Shown here: positions 57,520 to 64,000 of the stretch, piece by piece | How the letters are laid out: every line of letters starts with the position of its first letter | How positions within the stretch are numbered: position 1 is the first letter of the stretch | Source: Blepharisma stoltei ATCC 30299 | Taxonomy: Eukaryota; Protista; Ciliophora | DNA: 64,000 nucleotides | Direction of reading: 5' to 3' | Assembly: GCA_965603825.1 (NCBI GenBank) | Contig: CBFDEM010000005.1 | Coordinates: 124,001 to 188,000, forward strand | The notes under the pieces: model-generated | The model's database searches: none | What the model saw: only the letters and a program-made list of their open reading frames with translations | What the model was told of the DNA's origin: nothing | Position numbers and translations under genes: made by a program

Positions 57520-58236
57520 TTAACCAAATAATTCTTTAGTGATAAGATTTTTAGCTGCATTGTGAAAAGGAGACCTATCACGTGTCGGTGTTTTGCTTGA
57601 AGCAGATGAGTAATCAAGTTTCGAGTTTAGCATATTAATATCATAACGATGATTTTCCTGATGCTTTAAAATCTGTTTAGAAACGTCACGTCTGAACCGA
57701 GAAGGGCTTAGTGATGCAGAATCTTTTGCGTTTATTTTGAAGCCATTTGAATGTGTTGCAAATGGCTCATTATTACTTGAAGCTTGAAGGCTCTTATCAT
57801 TTTGTGAATTATTTGTGAAATTTGAACTGCTGTCTATTCTTGATAGCTTGTTATTATTTATTGTTGGCATATTGTTATTGCTTCTGATAATTCTAATCTT
57901 TCTAACAGGTTTTAATCCAGTAGGACTAGCTTCCTCCCTAATATTATTTAACTGATTTTCATTCTTTTCATATACAGATTTACTCCCAAAATAGGAATTT
58001 GATATTCAGCTTCCTGTCTCATTATCTTGCAATTGGGGCAAAAACTTTGGTTCTTCATAAAGATAATTAAATCTTGACCGAATTGGCGTCAAATTTGAAT
58101 TTGGAGTAGAGGCAGCAATATAATGAACGTTTCTCTCTGGATACATCTTTCTTCCAAACCTATTTTCTCGAAAACCCTATATCTCTTTTACAATTTCCAT
58201 CTCTGGGTCAAGAGGCATAAAAATTTTTTTATTCAT
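57520..58236 (-). CDS. Hypothetical Ser/Asn-rich protein, about 233 aa
   Basis: Open from ATG 58236 after removing a 15-nt intron and reading one TGA. Confidence 0.65.
58177..58191 (-). other. 15-nt intron
   Basis: Minus strand gtaaaagagatatag, phase 0. Confidence 0.7.
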
Positions 58237-58377
58237 GATTTCTATTTATTTTCATTTATTTAAAGAGAAAGTTGCATACACAGATGATGACATCATAAAT
58301 AATGTCAACAATAACTAATTAAATCGAAATTTCTCTACATTTTTTGAGGTTGTTATTACTTCGTATAATAATAAATT

Positions 58378-58920
58378 ATGAGCTGAATATTTAACACTAT
58401 TTTGCCTTCTTGTTGCACTCGAAGGGAGGCAAATAGACAAGCAAATGAGTGTGTATCTCCAACGAAGTCAGACGAACAGAACGATATAATAAAACTTGAT
58501 ATCATTAGCGAGAGTAACTTCAAAGATTCCAGTGATGACTTATACCGACATTCAAAATCTTTTGATGAACCAAGAGAATGCGACCAAGAAGAAAAAATCC
58601 AGTCCGAATTTTTAAAAAATTGGGAAATTGAGACACCTGAGACCGCTGATAAGCTTACGAGGCAAAGCTCGATTACATCTATCAGCAGTATAGATAATGC
58701 ATGCCACGTTTTAGAACAGTTTAAATGCGTGGAATGTAACCAAGCCGCACAGGGATTTTGCTTTGGATGTAGGAATTTACGATATTGTAGGTCTTGCTAT
58801 GAAAAAGCTCATAAAGGGGAGCAGGAAAATCATAGATTTTGTGCATACGCAAAAAAGAAATTTACTTCTACGTCAAATGCACTTCGTGCATTGGCAATGC
58901 TAAGTTATAAGAAAAATTAA
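58378..58920 (+). CDS. B-box-like Zn-finger protein, about 180 aa
   Basis: ATG AGC TGA ATA gives MSWIFNTILPSCC. Zn motif CVEC...CFGC...YCRSCYEKAH...H. Confidence 0.75.
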
Positions 58921-59170
58921 GCTTAACTAAATTTAATATTGTAGTTCTATGTGAGAGTGACTTTAAATAGTAAGGTAGTTATCATTTTTGAGCAGTTAAG
59001 TAAATCAGAAGCAGTGAGAATCGAGTTTAAAAGTATTTAGATATAGAATTAATAGGAGAAATTTAAGTCAAGCCTCTCTTTATGGATTTCACCCCAACCC
59101 AACTATATGTATACAATCCTTGCAATAATTTCCTAAATAGAATTTGCATATGCAAATGATAAATCACAAA

Positions 59171-60207
59171 TTAATCAGCAATCACTAACAAGATTTGGAA
59201 ACTCTCTATATTTTATGAGTTGAATATTTAATACTATTTTCTTGTATTGTTGCACAAGAATGGAGGCAAATCGGCAGAGAAGCGAATATGTAACGCCAAC
59301 CAAATTAAAAAATTAGATATATTATATTTAACATCAAAATGCAGGTTTCTTGCTGTTACAGCTGCCTCTGCAGCACAATTAAGCATTTAAGCCATTAGTT
59401 GATAGTATAAACAAAAATTATGAATATAGAATAAGTTCCCTTATATTCAACATCAAATTAAATTTATTTGCAAATCCATCCAACCCATCAAAGTGTTGCA
59501 TCTTGACTTCGCATACAATGGATAAACCAGTCTTTAATTTTGGACTTCAACAACTCTTTTTTGAGCTCAAGCTGCCTACCTGGATCCTTAATGCACTCTA
59601 ATTGTCCCATTACTTGCCACCTGGAGTAGGAGGTAAATATTTACCTAGGTTTAAAATTCTGAAAGAGAAAAATCAATTGGCTCTTGCTCTGAGATAGCAG
59701 GATTAATCCATCCTGTGAAACATGTTATCATAATTAAAAAGGCAAAAAATATTGTTCTGTCAGGGGATCAGAAATTCAAAATTGCCATATTTTAATTATA
59801 ACCAGCCAAATCAGAAGAACAGTGCTAAGCTTAATATAATTGGAAAAGCCTGATGATAGTCTAAAAAATAAATTCTCTATATCTTAAACGATTTTAAAAA
59901 ATGGGAAATTGAGACACCTGATACTACTGATAAATTTAGTAGGCAAAGCTCAGTTACATCAATCAGGAGTGTAGATAATGCATACCGAGTTTTAGAACAG
60001 TTTAAATGTGTGGAATGCAGCCAAGCCGCTCAGGGATTTTGCTTTGAATGTAGAAATTTACCATACTTTAAAGCTTGCTACGAAAGAGCTCATAAGGAGG
60101 AGCAGGGAAATCATAAGCTTTGTGCATAGCCAACGAAGAAATTTACTTCTGTGTCAAGTGCACTTTGTGCATTGATATTGCTGAGCCGTATCATTTTAGA
60201 GCAGTTT
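59171..60207 (+). pseudogene. Disrupted tandem copy of the B-box gene
   Basis: 59215-59320 copies the 5' end (atgagttgaatatttaa...) and 59891-60185 copies the 3' part with a premature TAG at about 60127. About 570 bp of unrelated DNA lies between. The flanks are also similar. Confidence 0.8.
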
Positions 60208-60421
60208 TGAAAATTAGGAATATTTTAAATCAGCTTTAATTGCATTTGGATAGAAAATTAAATTGCTTGGAGAACACTAAGACTAATTAATAGTAGAAAT
60301 TACTTTTGTATAAGTACTTTCGTAAGTTCTATAGCATTTTCGCAATATATTAATGATTTATTGGATTAATAGCTTAGAACTTAAGTGCATAACTTAAGTC
60401 ATGCTTAGGTTTATGTTAAGG

Positions 60422-60476
60422 CATCACTATTAAAATATGACTGTTGATAGGACATCACTATTAAAATATGGTTGTT
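60422..60476. repeat. Two-copy direct repeat, 31-bp period
   Basis: catcactattaaaatatg at 60422 and 60453. Confidence 0.8.
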
Positions 60477-60992
60477 TTAAGACCTTAGTTAAAAGAAAAA
60501 TTCAAGTTCTGTGAAATGGGATACTAAACTCAAGTTATTAAACAAGAAAATGGCTCAAAAACACTCATGCTTTCTAAAACAATTTTAATCGATAACAATC
60601 CTCTTGATTAAAGATCCTCAAACAACACTGGGTTATTCTCACTGAGACCAAATTGAAGGAGGTTTTCTTAATTGGTTTGCTATTTTAAACTATGTATTTT
60701 TCTTAATAATGTTATAAAAACAAAATAATCAGATTTTTTTCAATTAATTATTATTAAACATGAAGATCGAATATATATTTTATATAATTATATTTTCTAA
60801 TTAACTATTCCTCTTAAAAGTTATTTTAAGCATTCAAGCTTTTTTGCTTCACTTTATTTTATCCTTTTATAATATAACCCTATTGCATTCTCACTGAATT
60901 TCATAGACAAAAAATCATTACTCACAAGTAACATAATAATACTCAATTCAATATGAGCAATTTAATTAAAAATCATATGAAAATCTAATAAA

Positions 60993-63900
60993 ATGGATCC
61001 TGAACAATTCAATGTCAAAAAGAACCCCAAAGCTTACATAGAGCATCTGGAAAACCAAAATCGCATCCGCAAACAGCTCGAACTCCGCGATCGCGACCAT
61101 CTTGCCAAAAAGCAAAAAGAGCAAGGTTTCAACATTTACCTTGGCGGTGCAAATAATGAACGAGTTACAGATCAGCGCAAGCGTGAAAAAGTAGAAAAAC
61201 TGAGAGAAAAATCCCAAGAAAGACCTGCAAATTCTCGCAAAAAATGAGGAAACCCCAGCTTTCCAATCCCATCAGTCCCTTCATTATCAAAAGAAACACA
61301 TCCAGATGCTTATGAACAAAATTCTGACCCAGAGTACTCTGACTCATTTGAAGAAGACGAGGACGAAATTGAAGAAATTAAGCCTTTGCCCATCAAAATA
61401 CCTCCCAAAGCAGACCTAAAGCAGTCAATTATCCAAAAAATCAGTCAATTAGATGAGGCAAAACTCGAAAAATTGTCAAGATTTTTGGATTCTTTACAAG
61501 AAGAGCCTCAATTTGAAGAAGAGGAAAACCCTTTTGAAGCTTTAAAACCATCAGAAAAGCAGCAGTCTTTTACAAGCCCAAAACCAAAACCTGTCATTCA
61601 TAAACACAAAAGGCCGTATTCTAGCAAAGGAAATGAGGAAAAAAAAGAGTTCACAGAAATCGAGCTAAGGGTGCTTACGACGTGGGGCCATGCCCATTTG
61701 ATAGGGCTTACAGAAATTGAAGCTTTTAATGAAAATTCAGAAAATATTAGGCTAAATCCTTCAAATATTCAGATAAAAAATACAGGACATGGGGTACTGT
61801 CAAATCCTAGCAAGCTTGTAGATGGAGAAAAATATACAGAAGACGAAAAACATATGTGGCTTGGTCCTATGCCTGAGCCACCTAACAATCTAGAAATCGT
61901 ATTAACTTTGCCATCATCTGAAAATATCTCAGCATTAAGACTGTGGAATTATAATAAAAGCCTGCTGGACTCAGTCAAAGGGGTCAGAGAGCTAGAAGTG
62001 TGAAAGGATGGCAAACTTGTATGGGAAGGCACTGTAACCCGTGGCTGTGGAAATCGATATGACGACTATTATACTGATATCCCTCTAATTCCGAATTTTT
62101 CTATAAAAAACGAAGAAGAAATCCCTGAAGATGTAAAACAAGAAAATTTCGAAGAAAAACCTACGTCAGCTCCAATGTGACTACCAGGAAAACCAATGAT
62201 TAAAGAAGAAAAAAAAGAAGATGACAAGCTGCGGCCTGTTGCAAGTGTCCCTAGAGTCAGGCATAACCAGCCATTTGAAATAGTCCAAGAAGAAAACAAA
62301 AAAATAGAAACAAGCGACTATCATTTGTCGCCAGCTGTATTAAATTTCAAAAAATCTAGTGTGACGACTAGAGAGAAAAAACAAATCCAAAACGATTTTA
62401 CAGACCCTGCACTAATTCCTGAGCCAACTTTAAAGCTACTTGGACTTAACACGAAAAAAAAACATGTGGCTGCTGAGCCTTTAAAAGAGAGCTTGGACTC
62501 TTTGGAATATTTTAAAATTACTAATGAAAGCAGAATAAAAAGAGACACTCAGGTAAAATCGAAGCCACTAGAAGAAATATTAGAAGTTAAAATAGAAAAA
62601 CCAAGGGAAAAGCCACATGATCCGCTTGATGATGCACTTGATAGGTTTATTGTAGAACAAGCAGCACCAAAGCCACAAAATTATGAAGAGCAGAAAATCC
62701 CAAGCTACCCAAAAGGACAAATGTTGAAATTCAAAATTTTGTCTACGTGGGGAGATACTCATTATGTAGGGCTCTGTGGGATTGAGCTGTTTGATCAGCT
62801 TGGAAATCCTATTAAGTTTAAAGACCCAGCTAAGCAGATTTCAGCTGAGCCTGCAGATGTAAACGTCCTGCCTGGGTATGGCACTGATCCTCGCACAGTC
62901 GACAAACTTCTTGACGGCACAAACTGGACTTGTGACGATTTACATGTATGGCTAGCTCCTTTTACCCAAGGGCAGTTTAATTTAATATACATAAATCTGC
63001 TAAGCCCAGTCGCCCTTTCTATGATCCGTATATGGAATTACAACAAATCCCGTATCCACTCCTACAGAGGTGTAAAAAACCTAGAAATCAGCTTTGACAA
63101 CAAAAATATTATTTTTTCAGGAGAAATTTCTATTGCCCCTGGCAGAATGAAGGACGCAGACCAGTACTGTGAGTATATCATGTTTACCAAAGATGACGGG
63201 ATTTTAAAAAGAATAGAAAAAAATGACTGGGTGAAGGATTTTGACCATAATGAAGTTGACCAAGAACTAATGTCAACAATAAGGCTACAAATGAGGCCAG
63301 GAACTGCAAGTAGAGAACAAGGAAAAATAGAACTCCAGCCAAGAAGGATTGGGGAAGATGGGAGGCCTTTGACTTCAGCAATTGTAGCACCGCCTCCTCC
63401 TGTGTCTTCAAAAACTTCTGTGGTAGGGCGAAAAATCAGGATTTTAATATTAGAAACTTGGGGTGATTCTTTTTATGTAGGCTTGACTGGTTTGCAGATT
63501 TTTGGACGAGATGGTCCAATTGAGATCCAGAGGAACTGAATTGATGCGACTCCAAGAGATATGAACGTAATTCCTGGCTACTCTGGAGACTACCGAACCC
63601 TTGATAAGCTTATCAACAGCCGAAACCGTACCACAGATGACCACAATATGTGGCTTATCCCATACTCTCAAGGAAAATACCATTTTATTGACATTGATTT
63701 ACAAGATATGACCCACATCTCAGGAATTAATTTTTGGAATTATAACAAAAACCCTGAAGACACTGCAAGAGGGGTAAAACGAATTTTACTATACATTGAT
63801 GGGAAATGCATTACCTCAGACGCAGGAATTGCATTAAGAAAAGCTCCTGGACATGCAGAATATGACTTCGGGCAGCTAATTAGTTTGCCTTATAGTGATG

Positions 63901-64000
63901 GCTGGAATGATGATTTAATTACTCCTTTATCCCGACCTATATTTGCAAGCCAATTAGTTCTACAAGACTATGAGACACCATATCTGCCATGCGGGTTTAT
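60993..64000 (+). CDS. KATNIP: Katanin-interacting protein KIAA0556 (DUF4457 repeats), 3'-partial
   Basis: QNRIRKQL...EQGFNIYLGGAN, and three repeats of TWGDxxYVGLxG...LxDG...HxWL...WNYNK. TGA at 61245, 62001, 62178 and 63537. Confidence 0.9.

Noticed and set aside
59316-59886. agatata/tatatct as terminal inverted repeats of the insert
   Set aside because: Only 7 bp in AT-rich DNA, and the left copy partly aligns to the parent gene.
1310-63683. Many short antisense or overlapping ORFs in the track (e.g. 2282..2695, 13236..13775, 29391..29939)
   Set aside because: They are Ser/Phe/Leu-rich shadows of Glu/Lys-rich sense genes, with no motifs.
1-64000. Prokaryotic interpretation (operons, CRISPR, defence systems, mycoplasma-type code 4)
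   Set aside because: IFT, Mediator, U4 snRNA and GT-AG introns show a eukaryotic nucleus. No repeat-spacer array was seen.
1-64000. Widespread pseudogenisation or selenocysteine as the explanation for in-frame TGA
   Set aside because: TGAs fall at conserved Trp rather than Cys positions in essential genes, and are shared between paralogs.

Overview
This is eukaryotic, not prokaryotic, DNA. It is AT-rich and very gene-dense, and looks like a ciliate macronuclear genome. The supplied ORF track is fragmented for two reasons. First, TGA is read as Trp: I counted over 50 in-frame TGAs, many at conserved Trp positions, and the genes end in TAA/TAG. Second, genes carry tiny 15-16 nt GT..AG introns with an invariant A six bases from the 3' end. 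Together these point to a heterotrich ciliate such as Blepharisma (inference). Re-reading with these rules gives about 40 protein-coding genes. They include ciliary genes (IFT80, IFT22, MOK/LF4, a NEK, KATNIP, CEP57-like, a polycystin-like channel, a MORN protein) and two tandem cyclic-nucleotide-binding K+ channels that share a probable gene-conversion tract. Others are Wee1, MED7, PCID2, SAM50, CHCHD2-like, ESF2, a short VPS13-like protein and two PTS2-bearing acyl-CoA enzymes. There is also a U4 snRNA gene that the ORF track cannot show, and a disrupted tandem pseudogene. I found no CRISPR array, prophage or transposase, and no clearly novel multi-gene system. The best leads are listed as findings. 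All homology calls are from motif recognition by eye; no searches were run.
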